This document shows, piece after piece, positions 37,836 to 50,700 of a stretch of 64,000 bases of DNA (position 1 is the stretch's first letter; the number at the start of each line of letters is the position of its first letter). Under the pieces are notes generated by a model. It was not told where the DNA came from. It saw only the letters and a program-made list of their open reading frames with translations, and made no database searches. Position numbers and translations under genes: made by a program. Origin of the DNA: Enoplolaimus lenunculus. Its lineage: Eukaryota. The stretch is taken from NCBI GenBank assembly GCA_030248215.1, contig JASANG010003005.1:248001-312000 (forward strand), in the 5' to 3' direction.

Positions 37836-38645
37836 TTTTTAATGGGCAAAGTTCATTGAATTGTTTAAGCACATCAGCAGCCTTATCTGTCTTTATGATT
37901 GCATAAAAACATCTGGAAATTTATATAATAATATTGTAATGTTGTCCCAATGCCCCGTTTGCTGTTGACATTGCGCCTCTCACGTTTGGTGTCGGCATGC
38001 ACATCGGTTAACCGGACTATAAATTTTGTTCAAGTCCTCTTGAGGGCTGACACGACCCCGGAGATATTACTTAAAATCTGCTCGCCTACTTGATTAAACT
38101 GTATATAATAATGGCACAAAGTTTATTTTAAAACTTTTTGCGCAAAATTTAAAAATCAATTTTCAAACAACTAAAGCAGTGCCGGAGTACGCAGGGGTGT
38201 GAGTTCACCCCAAATTCCTGGGTGGGGGCTGTCCAACTCGCCGAACGAGAAGTCAGACACATTTTAAAACTTAAGCAGTTTTTGTTTCAACCGGTTAGGA
38301 TGCGGGGTCTTTTAGGGGTGGCCCCCCCAAATGGGGGTATGGGGGGTCGCTGCTCCGGTCCTGACGCTAAGCCAATATTAAGAAAATGAACAGCTCGTTT
38401 ATGAGGAAGTTATTGAAAAAAATATGTGTAACAATTTTGTTATTAATGGAGTTTAAACCTTTTGTCGCCGACAATTTGTACGGGCGGCGGCCACAGATGT
38501 ACATTTTTCAAATGGTTCTTTTATCGTGCGCCTTGTTTTGTGAATGCATAACAGATAACGCAAAGAAAAAACGTTTGTAACGCAAATACGCAATTTGTGC
38601 AGTTTAACGCTCTATGACTGCAAAGAGCAAGGTCAGCATATTTTT

Positions 38646-39330
38646 TGGTGTTGTTGTTGTTGTTGGTGTTGTTGTTGTTGTTGTGGTTGTTGTTGTTGTT
38701 GTTTTTGGTGTTGTTGGTGTTGGTGTTGGTGTTGGTGTTGTTGTTGGTGTTGGTGTTGTTGTTGTTGTTGTTGTTGTTGTTTTTGGTGTTGTTGTTGTTG
38801 TTGTTGTTGTTTTTGGTGTTGTTGTTGTTGTTTTTGGTGTTGTTGTTGGTGTTGTTGTTGTTGTTGTTTTTGGTGTTGTTTTTGGTGTTGTTGTTGTTGT
38901 TTTTGGTGTTGTTGTTGTTGTTGATTTTGGTGTTGTTGTTGTTGTTGTTGTTTTTGGTGTTGTTGTTGTTGTTGTTTTTGGTGCTGTTGTTTTTGGTGTT
39001 GTTGTTGGTGTTGTTGTTTTTGGTGTTGTTGTTGTTTTTGGTGTTGTTGTTGTTGTTGTTTTTGGTGTTGTTGTTGTTGTTTTTGGTGTTGTTGTTGTTG
39101 TTGTTTTTGGTGTTGTTGTTGTTGTTGTTTTTGGTGTTGTTGTTGTTGTTGTTTTTGGTGTTGTTGTTGTTGTTTTTGGTGTTGTTGTTTTTGGTGTTGT
39201 TGTTGTTGTTGTTTTTGGTGTTGTTGTTGTTGGTGGCTGTGGCGGTGTTGTTGTTGTTGTTGTTGTTGTTTTTGGTGTTGTTATTGTTTGTTGTTGATGT
39301 TGTTGTTGTTTGTTGTTGTTGTTGTTGTTG
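38646..39330. repeat. Compound (GTT)n/TTTGGT microsatellite (~690 bp)
   Basis: GTT runs punctuated by TTTGGT; source of spurious poly-V/L/C ORFs. Confidence 0.95.
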
Positions 39331-42300
39331 TCACTGCTATTGCTTCATTCTGTTTTAAAAACAACTTTTTTGGTCGTTTCATTAATGTATTTAATGACTA
39401 AAATTAGTCAAAGATAAGAATCAAAAATTTAAATTCTCAAACTACGAGTATTTTGTTAACCTGATAGCTATGCCGCGCATACAAGAGGAATAGGTAGATA
39501 ATCCAGCTAAAGTTTCCAGAGACGAGAACAGTAATGCGTTTGCAAGATTCAGAATATTCTGTGGTGTTCTAGAGCGTCAATAAAATTTCGGGAACACCGC
39601 ACATACGTATTTTGGCCACGTTGCCAGAATATTTGTTTACAATAGTTTCATAGCACATACGTTTGACGCGATTGTTCTATAATTAGGAAATTTGTATACA
39701 TCGTTTAGCCCATGTTACTTTAAGGGGCGTCCAGGTTTCTGATGGGTCTATAAAATAGCAGGTTAAGATTCTAGATTACATTTTTTACTTAGGCTTAGGC
39801 TTTAACTTAGGCTTAGGCTTAGGAATTCATTTTTGCAACGCTTAGGCTTACACTTTGGCTTAGGCTTAGGAACTCATTTTTGTAACACTTAGGCGTAGGC
39901 TTAGGCTTAGGAATGCGCTTAATCTACTGGTTACGCCCCTTAAAGTAACATTGGCCAGATGCTTTATGTATTATTCGCTAACGCTTTTGCACATTGCGTA
40001 AAGTTGGACGAGCAGCAATATTCATTCGTAATGAAATGTTGACTACGCCCCTGCGTATTAATGAGCTCGTCTGGCGAGTAGATTCTCAGTACTGTTCAAC
40101 TTGAATGTTTTTCTATCGTTCATCATTTTGTTTGTATTGTTTTGAATACAAAGTTGTATAATGTGTTTTGATTATTCAACATTTCACGGTATTGAACCGA
40201 ACGAGTAGGTGCAGTTTACACCTGATTCATTGTAATACTTTTTGGCTTGTTTCTTGTCCAAATTTACTCAATTTCAACGACTGTTGAGTAGGTTGACGTT
40301 CAATTAAACACAAGTGTGAGCGAATTTTTGATAAATTCACGTCGAGCGATTAAGCTTTGAAACCAAGGGGGTGGGAGAGACAAATGCGTGGGCGGTAAGC
40401 AATTGGCAGTGCAATGTTTTTGTTATGGCGCATACAGCGGATTGAGTGTTCAAAATTTGGGCCAATGTAAACAATAGGGGCGGAACAGTATTGTAAGCAT
40501 ATTCCTAAGCCTAAGCACTAAGCCAAAACGTAAGAATGAGCATATTCCTAAGCCTAAGCCTAAGCCAAAACGTAAGAATGAGCATATTCCTAATCCTAAG
40601 CCTAAGCCTAAGCCAAAACGTGAAAATGAGCATATTCCTAAGCTTAAGCCTCAGCCTAAGCCAAAACGTAAGAATGAGCATATTCCTAAGCCTAAGCCTA
40701 AGCCAAAACGTAAGAATGAGCATATTCCTAAGTCTAAACCTAAGCCTAAGCCAAAACGTAAGACTGAGCATATTGCTAAACCTAAGCCTCAGCCTAAGCC
40801 AAGCACAAAAAATAGTCTAAAGCATAAGCTTACTCTATTGCAGTCCCACAGAAAAACGTTCCGCAAATCCGCGTTGTTTTTTCGTATAAATTATGAAAAA
40901 TGTAAATTTATTTCACTAAATAGTGCAATGTTTTTGAAAATTTTAACATTGGACTCGGTGTTTTTTTAAACGACGGGACATCAAAACATAATTAATTATA
41001 CCGAAATATGGTCTGTAGAGTTTAAAATATTGCGCACTGATAGAACGGCTGAACGTATGACCGCTGTGATTTTGCTAATGATTATTCATTCATCATTAAC
41101 TGTCTGTATGCATATTTTTACTCAACTACACTCAATATGGGGAATACAAGAGCAAGCGAAGTCCAATCAAAAATGTTACGAAGCCGAAAAAACCACTTTT
41201 AAGCTTTTAGCTTTGTGGATGGCAGAGGCACAAAAACAACAGTCTCGATTGATACGCTCGTTTATAAACAAATTTTCCGTCAAATTTAGGCCCTCCTGAA
41301 CTGAAACTTTGTCTACGTGTCCTTGTTTACAACAGCCGTGTTTTGGTGGTTGACAGCGTCCTGATGCTATGATACCATCTTGTCCGTTATGAAATAAGTA
41401 ATTTGCATTTTTGTACTACGGTTGAAAAGGTAATTATTTAGCGGGGAATGCCAGGATACGAGAACCCAAACGCCAAATGCTAGCAATATTAAATTTTGGT
41501 TTTGTGCCGGTGTGGTTGAAAGTGTGATCTCTGGGTTCCCTTACCCCCATTGGTTTAGCGGTTTACAACCTGACCGTTTAACCCTTTCTCACATGAATAT
41601 TTTCAGTTTCATATGAGATGTATTTTCAAGGTAAGATTCGAACCCCAGTCTCACGAGTGGGAGGTGAATAGGAGCGTGACGCTCGAGAGCGAACCGAGCG
41701 AGAACCATACTGGTTTTTTTATAAAACATATAAAATACTAAAATGAAATTATACCTTGGGTCGGTTTAGATTGAGAATATGCAAAACCATATTTACCAGT
41801 AACCAGGAATGAGTCAAAATAGAGGGGATACTGTGATGGCACTCACCTTTTTCGTGTTTAACTTTATTACAAAAAATTAACTTTGCTGATTTTATTGGCG
41901 CAAATTCATCCTTAGATATACTAGATTCACCGCTTTCATGTCTGGTACAGGGCCGGATCGTTTTCCGGTTGAGCTGTAATAGAGACAGTAAGCTTTAGAC
42001 TAACTTTTTTGTTTAGGCTTTGCCTTAGGCTTAGGAATAGGTTCATTCTTACGCTTAGGCTTAAGCTTAGGCTTAGGCTTAGGCTTAGGAATATGCTTAT
42101 ACTACTGTTCCGGGGCGCTGTTCTAGACTTAGGAATATGCTTATACTACTGTTCCAGCCCTGCTCTATACATGGGCCGATTAACAGCAGACACTGAAGCT
42201 CTTATAAAAATTGCGTGAAGGGCACAAAAGTAAAAAATTGTAAGGTACCTTACCGATTTTACACAAAAAATTTCGGTTGGGGGTTACCGCGCTCCCCTTC

Positions 42301-44793
42301 TAAATTCGCCCCTACGTTCACCAAACAGCCGTAACAATTGCACGACTACATATCATTAGGCTTCCACAAGACCATTAATCAAGCTAATAATATCGCAGTT
42401 GCGCTTTGAGTGAGTGATTTTACTGCAACGTAAACGACGTGGTTGTCTTGGCGGGCGGCACACTAGCTTTCACTAAGACTGAAGATTAATGTTTTTGCTC
42501 ATTTTCAGCTCACTGCATGTAAAAAGTTAATATTTTTTGCTTTCTAATATTCAATTTTTCGTAAATTCCAATCATTACTGCAGCTATTTTTAGTTTACTT
42601 TAGGAAGTAATTGAAACTACGACTCATATATAACTGTAATATCTGAAAGACTGTGAGTATTGTACAGTTGGTTTATAATCCAATATATATTTTAGGTTGT
42701 TTCTCGCAAAGTTTTTGACATTTGGTTATCATTGGTATATGGTTTCGACGTAATTCACCAAAATAGACTCTTGAAAATTTATTTTATGTTACAATGGCTG
42801 AGTTTGTGAAACCCTACCTAAGCATCACTTGGCACTAAAAGTATGTGCTAAACAATTACTTATCCATTTTGTCGTTTTAAAAACGTACTTAAGTGAAGTA
42901 AATACTTAAGCTGCTGATTAAATCTGATAGATTACAAATTAACCGTTCATGTATACAAACCTTGGTGCAACTGAAATTGCAGACTCGAGGCTGGTCCTAA
43001 ATATAAATCAAAACTATTACTTTTTTGTTATGACAATGGCTCACATTTGGCGTTTACCTGGTTTATTCGAAAAGTTAAACATTTACTTAAGTCAGCGGAC
43101 TTAAGTAACTATTTAAGCATAGCTTAAATTTGTACTAAAATAAAATTTCAGAAACTCAGCCAATGTTTAATAAAACTACGTCTGGCTTGTTGCTCGCTTT
43201 GCTTACAAGATTTATTTAAATTTTTTCATAGTGATAATCCCTCGGTTAGAAATGTCTTTGGACTCGCGTCTGTGGCCGTGTTTTAAGTACGATTTCGACT
43301 GTAATGCTGTTTGTTTTGTATTTTTTTACAATAATATTATGGCCAAATTTGATTTTTTTTAAATTTACAACGGATTATTTTCAGTTGTTACTATTAATAA
43401 TAAATAAAAGTTCAACGGACAACGCTTTATACACTGTAAATTCCGATGAGTTGATTAATCAACTCAGATGGCGAATTAGTCATTTCTGGTTATTTCTGAG
43501 TTAAAAACAGTAAACGTTAACTCGCTCTGAGTTGGTTTAATTGCCGGGCAAGGGAATTAACTAACTCAAAATGAGTTAATTCAAATCAGAATTCTGAGTT
43601 CTGAAAGACCTTATGCAGAGCTCACATTTCTGAATGGATTCAACTCATTCTAAGTTAAAATCAACTCACTGGATTTTACAGTGTAGATCAGAACACAGAG
43701 ACAAATAGATGTTGTTACACTGTTGTTTCTTGCTTTTAGAAGCAAACATAAAGTTCGTAAAACGAGTAGGATAATTATGTTATTAGTTTGCATACTGTAG
43801 TGACCTGAATAAGAGGGGGTAATAAAAAGGAGAGTCCATATTTTGATTCCCGATCAATAGGAGTCCGTATCCCTAATAAGAGTCCGTACGCGGATAGAGT
43901 CACTAAACCCTAATTAGCGTCCATAAATGTCAATTATTCCTGATTGTAGTGCATAAAATGACTACAGGACCAAATGGGGTGTTTAGCGATGGGGGTGGCG
44001 CTAAACACGGCCATAATTGTCGCTTACACAAGTAATATTTTTTGTAATTTTAGTGTATAACTTAAAGCTACATTTCACCCTAAACCTGTATTCAATAAGC
44101 TATATAACATACCTGTGTGTGTCTTTGCATATTGAACCAGTATCAGTTTCATTCAACATCAGTCGTATAATTGACGTTCGTAACAACACATTTCATCACG
44201 GAGCCGATTAAGCATCGAGTATTGTACCGTTCGAACCCATTGAAACCAAGATCGTTCCTGAAAAAAGCACAAAAGTTATATTTTCACAAATATTTTGGCA
44301 GTTGGCCAGTTTGAATTTTAAATCTCGTTCAACAAAACATCAAATATTATTTTATGAGCTTGAAATCGATATCTCGTGTGACTTTATTCAACACAGTTAA
44401 AACCAATTTTCAAACAAATACTCTAATCAAACAATTGGTGTGTGCGCTTCGCGTTTCAATTCGCAACATTATGCGATAAAACTCTGTGTGAGTGTGGGAA
44501 AATTTACAATATTTTGCATTTAATTACCTCTGGTGCATCTTTATCCCCATCGCTGACTTCCGATATCCTTCGCGTTATTGAATCAGATTTCACCTGAAAC
44601 AAACCAAACAAAAACGCTGCAATTGAATTATTTCATCGATATAAAATATACACGTTTCAATACCCGTTTTGCTACAAACTCGTCATAAAACCAAGCAAAA
44701 ACAACGCTTATACGAACCCTGCTGTAAAATCTCTGTACTCAGCTGGGTTATTCAAACAACTGTGAAATATTACACAATTGACACTTTCACATT

Positions 44794-47700
44794 ATGGTAT
44801 CATCAACAGAAAACGGCGGATTTTTCGCCAAACTGATGGGTAAAACTGGATCCGCGGACGTGACCACGCCGACAACACCGACGCTGAGCAATTTGCCGCC
44901 GGATATAGATCCATTGCGGAAAAAGAGCGTTTTTGACATTGATCCACCGACAGATCTTGACGCGGAACTTGATCAAATAGATGAATCTGATACGAAACCT
45001 GAACGTGGCAACTGGAGCGGTCGGTTTGATTGTTTGATGTCGTTGATCGCGTACGCCGTTGGACTGGGCAACGTATGGCGGTTTCCGTATTTGTGTTTCA
45101 AGAATGGTGGAGGTAAACGTCCGTCAGATTTGCAGATGTCAGCACACTGTAAATTGTGATGAGTTGATTAGTCAACTGTTGAGAGAGAGATTTAGTTATT
45201 TCTGGTTATTTCTGAGTTAATACCAGGCAACGTGAACTCGCTCTGAGCTGATTTAATTGTGTGCTAATTGATTATTTAATTGCATTTACCTTATTTTCAA
45301 ATTGCTATCGACCGTGCGAGTAATTATCCACATATATAAGGTATATATACAAATATATACATATCAGGGTTCCAACAGGAACTAAATTTTGCCGAAACAG
45401 GAACAAGAACAGGAATTTGAATAATTTTCATCACCGAATTAATATCGGGCTTTTTAGAAAACTTGCCAAAAGTGGTTTAAGTGAATTTTCAGCTATTTCA
45501 TCACTAAGTTTTGCGAAAACACATCAGGAACAATTCAGTTTGAACGGGTACCAAAACATTAATTTTGACATAAAAAATTTCTCAAAGACAAAGTTTCCAA
45601 TATTTAAATGATAGTGAATAATTTGTCACAAATTTATGGTTTAGGTGCATTTTTGGTGCCGTATCTGATTTGTTGGGCTCTTGCAGCCGTACCAATATTT
45701 ATGCTCGAGGTTACAGCGGGTCAATTTCTGCAACGTGGTGGCGTTGGCATTTGGAAAGTGTGTCCACTGTTCAGAGGTAAAATTACGCATCGAATACCGA
45801 GTAGAGTTAAGTGTTCTACGACTGCAGTTGCTTGTAAAATCATGGAAACAATTATTTAGTTAATTTAGCAAGCGAGAAAAGTTTCATTCGGACACTACGA
45901 AGTTGCATGCGATTTGAACTCGTGTAAAAAGTGTCGTTTATTGTTGCTTCTACAACAGGTTCGAGGCAATAATGTTCATATATTTTGTATCATTTGAATG
46001 TGAAACTGTCAAACTGAACGAAAAAATGTTTTAACTGGGATCGCGGCCAATGTTACTTTAATGGGCGTAACAGAAGATTAAGCGTATTCATAAGCCTAAG
46101 CATAAGCCTAAGCGCTGCAAAAAATGAATTCCTAAGCCTAAGCCTAATCTTAAGCCTAAGCCTAAGCCTAAGCGTTGCAAAAATAAATTCCTAAGCCTAA
46201 GCCTAATCTTAAGCCTAAGCCTAAGCCTAATCTTAAGCCTAAGCCTAAGCCTAATCTTAATCCTAAGCCTAAGCGTTGCAAAAATAAATTCCTAAGCCTA
46301 AGCCTAATCTTAAGCCTAAGCCTAAGCCTTATCTTAAGCCTAAGCCTAAGCCTAATCTTAAGCCTAAGCCTAAGCGTTGCAAAAATGAATTCCTAATGTA
46401 ATCTAGAATCTAAACCTACTCTTTTATGGACCCACCACAAACGTGGACGCTCCTTAAAGTAACATGGTCCGTAACCCCGATGAAATCAAATCCAATTTTG
46501 ATTAAATCATTGAATCGGCGGGGAGATTAACATTGTTTTTAGGTGTTGGTATTGCGAATATTGTGATTTCGTTCATGTGTGCTATTTACTACTGTGTTAT
46601 TGTCGCGTGGTCGTTGTTTTATATTTTTTCATCGTTTGTCAAAGTCCTTCCGTGGGTTCATTGTGAAAACTCTTTCAATGACATCAGGTGAGTGTAATAA
46701 AATATGTCAGATTAAAAAGCTTTTGGCACTATTGCACACTGCAAAAACTGGTGAGTCAAATTGATTCTCTCTGAAATTGGCTCTACGGGACTACGCAAAT
46801 TGAGTCAATTTGGATTCCGCCAGAGTGAAACGTGCGACTCTAGTGAGTCAAATTTGACTCCGGCGGAGTCGAATTAATAAAATATGACAGATAAAAGCTT
46901 TTGGCACTAGCGCACTGCAAAAAATGGTGAGTCAAATTGACTCTCTCTGAAATAGGCTTTACGGGACTACACAAACTGAATCAATTTGGACTCCGCCACA
47001 GTGAAACGTGCGACTCACTGAAACTTGCGACTCAGTGAGTCAAATTTGACTCTGACGGAGTCGAATTTGACTCAGAAGCCTAAGCCTAAGCCTAAGCGTT
47101 GCAAATGCGTATACCTAAGCCTATGCCTAAGCCTAAGCCTAAGCTTAAGCAAAAAAATATAGTCTAGAATATAAGCCTACTCTTTTACAGACCCACCACA
47201 AACCGGGACAGCCCTAAAAGTGACATGGGTCAAGATGGCAAACATTGTGTAGCTGGAAATCCTGCGAAAATACATCTGTGCTCGTGTTTCAAAAATGACA
47301 AACGGGTTACATCTTCTCTACCCCCCATTGTAAATATAAACTTCTTCTCGATATTAATCGAACGTTTTGTATTGAATTTTATCATTTCGATATATTTGAT
47401 ATAAATTTCAGATGCGTCGCGGGCCACAATTCAACTGAAAACAAAACGGAATGGCTCGTTCAAATGATTGAGCAAGGCTTTGGTCCAAACGATACACAGA
47501 CTCCTGTTGAACAGTTTTGGGAGTAAGTTGGATTTGAAATTTTGGTCCGTTAGCATCTTTTCACCCGTTCATCAGTCAGTAACGCGGTTAAGAGTAACAC
47601 AGCTTCAAAAGTTGGTTGTGCAAAAATCTTGGCAATTCAAATTTCAGACCAAGAATTTGTATAACGTTTCAAAACCACATAATTAATGACTTCGTTTCTG

Positions 47701-50700
47701 GCTGAAATTTATCAAGCAACAAAAAAGCTATTTTTGTAGTCTAATCAAAATTAATATTTACAAGAGTAAAGAAAACATATGTCGTAGCCCAAATCGTAAT
47801 TCTGGCCTATTCCGAATTATGCTAGTCCAAAGCGGAATTACGACTCGGGCTAGCCCAAGGCGGAATCATGTCAGATAAATTTGTGAGTCTTCCAATTGGT
47901 TACTTGATAGTCGTAATCGTACTTGATTCCGCTGTGCTCAGTAAAACAAACTGTTAGGTAGCCAGTAGGTGTTGATTACTTAGCCAATCAGAAAATGTAT
48001 TCGCATCACCCAATCGTATTTGAGTATGGCATTAAGGTAATAACCAATGACAAGGCGTACACTTGTCGCATAAGAAGAATTACGCCGTAGGATAGCCCAA
48101 GTCGTAATGACGCCCTGGGCTAACGCAATTCGGAACTGTCCTAAATTACGACTTGGGCTACGACATATATTCAACGCATATTGCGTTGTTTCTAGATGAT
48201 AAGTGGTCTCAATTCAGTATTGAGTGCACTTGCATTTCAGTTTATGAGCCGTATTCTCAAATGCAAATAGCATTTATCATGATAAATCAAATGCGAAGTA
48301 TGTGCAGAATTTTCCGAGCGACTCTCAGAAGCTATTCAAAGTGCAAGAAATCGGATATAATGGCAAATTTTAGTATCAGCTATATTTTGCATGAAATTTT
48401 ACTTGTTCAACAAACTTAACCTTATGTCTTCTGGTGTATTTTAGGAAGAAAGCATTGCAAACAACCGATTCCATTGATGATACTGGCGTTATTCATTGGC
48501 AATTACTTCTTCTATTCATACTCTCTTGGATTGCTGTATATGCGGCGTTACGTAAAGGCATCACAAATGCACGCAAGGTAAATTGGCTGCAAACTTGTTC
48601 AGTTACCCTTGGCCCATGTAAAGATCAGGGACGGAAGGTTTTTCTGTGCGACTGCAATAGAGTAAGCTTAATCTTTAGACTAATTTTTTGCTTGGCTTAG
48701 GCTTAGGCTTAGAAATATGCTTATAATACTGTTCCGACCCATTTCTTTATATAGGCCGTTACCTTTGTGCAGGGTAAACAGGAAGTCTGTCTGCCATTGA
48801 TTCTGGCACAAAATCGTCTTCCGGTTCTGGCTTTGGGTCCTGCAAAATTTGTTGACTTCCGGTTTCAGTATTTTTAAGCTAAGTTGGATCTCTGATTTTG
48901 CGGGGAGTTTGAGGGGGGCAGGAAATCAACGCGAGAAATAGTTGAGGATTGTGCGCAACACTCACGCCAGTTAATAATAAGTTTTCAAACATGCGAACAT
49001 CTAAAGTTGCGGATCTTAAAATTGACACTGAAGTTGAGCAAAGTTAATGCAAAATTTGCTAAATTTGTTTACATCAACAGTCACTGGTTTGAAAGTTACA
49101 AGACTTCTCACCAACAAGTGACAGGTGCTATACACATTTGCGTCTTTTCTGTTGTTATCCCCCAGCATACATTTGCCCAAAAAATGGTTAGATTTTAGAA
49201 AAATTTCGCATATTTGAGCTTTTCATGACCTAAATTGCACGTCCAAATTTGAATTTTTGAAAAAATTGGCTTTTTAATGTCCCAAACGAAAGATTTCCGC
49301 CACCAGACGACTGGCTAACGAGTTATGGTCAAATAACTGGTTTGGCGCTGTTCCAAATCATTGGCAACGCGCCAAATCAGTCATTTGACCATAACGCGTT
49401 AGCGAGGCGTCTGATGTCAAAATCTTAACACCACTGCGCTCAGCTCAACAAGCTGCGTCGAATGGTACATAATTTGTCTTAAAAAATTTCCGCCCCAAGA
49501 GGTTGACCGTAAGATCTTAGAACGAATTTTTCAAAAATTCAAATTTGGGCGTCGAATGATCAGGGGCGGGTCATGAGAAGCTCAAATACGTCAAATTTTC
49601 AAAATCCAACCATTTTTGGACAAACACGGACTGGGGGGGATACCAGAAAATACCCCCAATTTGAGAATATGGTCAGAAACATTTGCATACGGCAATCAAA
49701 TTGATTTGCCATGGTAATGAATTTATATTTGATTTCGTGTTGTATTTTATGTTTGTAACCGCTGAAATTATAATTAAGATATTATTGTATTTTTAGCTGG
49801 TATATTTCTGCGCAATTTCACCGTACGTGCTATTATTCATTTTACTGGGTCGTGGTGCATCGTTACCAGGTGCTGCAAAAGGCATTGCGTACTATATCAA
49901 ACCGAATTTAACAAAGCTTGCAAGTACAACGGTAAGTCAACACTAAATATACGAAATTTAACGTTTTGACTATTTTCAGTTTTTTTATTAGTGAAGGCTG
50001 CTTTTTGTTTAATTTTAACAGAAAACGTGTGTGTTACCTTTTAACCCTTTCACTCACAGAGTATACTATGAGCAACTAAATACAATAATGTACGAGCAAT
50101 ACACACACACTGTGTGCAGTGTTTAACATTTATAAGATATATGCGCAGCGTAAAAATCTCCACAAGACGTGAGAGCCTACTCGAGCTCGAGCGTCAAGCT
50201 CCTATAGCTTAGTGGTCATCGTAAACGCCTCCAACCCGTGTGACTGGGGATTGAATCTTACCTTGAAATTACATCTCATATGAAATTGGAAATATTCATG
50301 TGAGAAAGAGTTAATTGTGTATCGGTTAAATCAAAAGAAAATCTTTAGATTTAACTATGAAGCATCATTTGTTATTAAAATCAGTAGAATTTTGCATGTT
50401 AAACTGTCGCGTAGCGAATGGTTGAGCCGCCGGCTCTCTAAAACATTTTGACACCCTAGAAATCTTTTCGCCCAGTTGTAATACAGCTTGTGAAATCAGC
50501 GGACGGCCCCTCGGAAGTTATTTTGGCGTTCCCAGGATGATGAGCTGGCTACGGAATTAACGGACTTGTTTTCTATTTGTTCCAAATTTGACAAAAAACC
50601 CGATTTTTTTATGAACCATGCCCGTAGCCCGGTCACCTTGATTAAAATTTTTTCAGGACGGACATACAAGGGTTTTCGATGACTTATAAGCAACCAGCAA

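Noticed and set aside
38595..39358. Long poly-Val/Leu/Cys ORFs (also 16488-16782, 13120-13338, 20515-21025)
   Set aside because: Microsatellite and minisatellite translations.
13843..44793. Functional linkage of the channel and transporter genes as an operon or system
   Set aside because: They are separated by ~31 kb of repeat-rich DNA, with no evidence of co-regulation.
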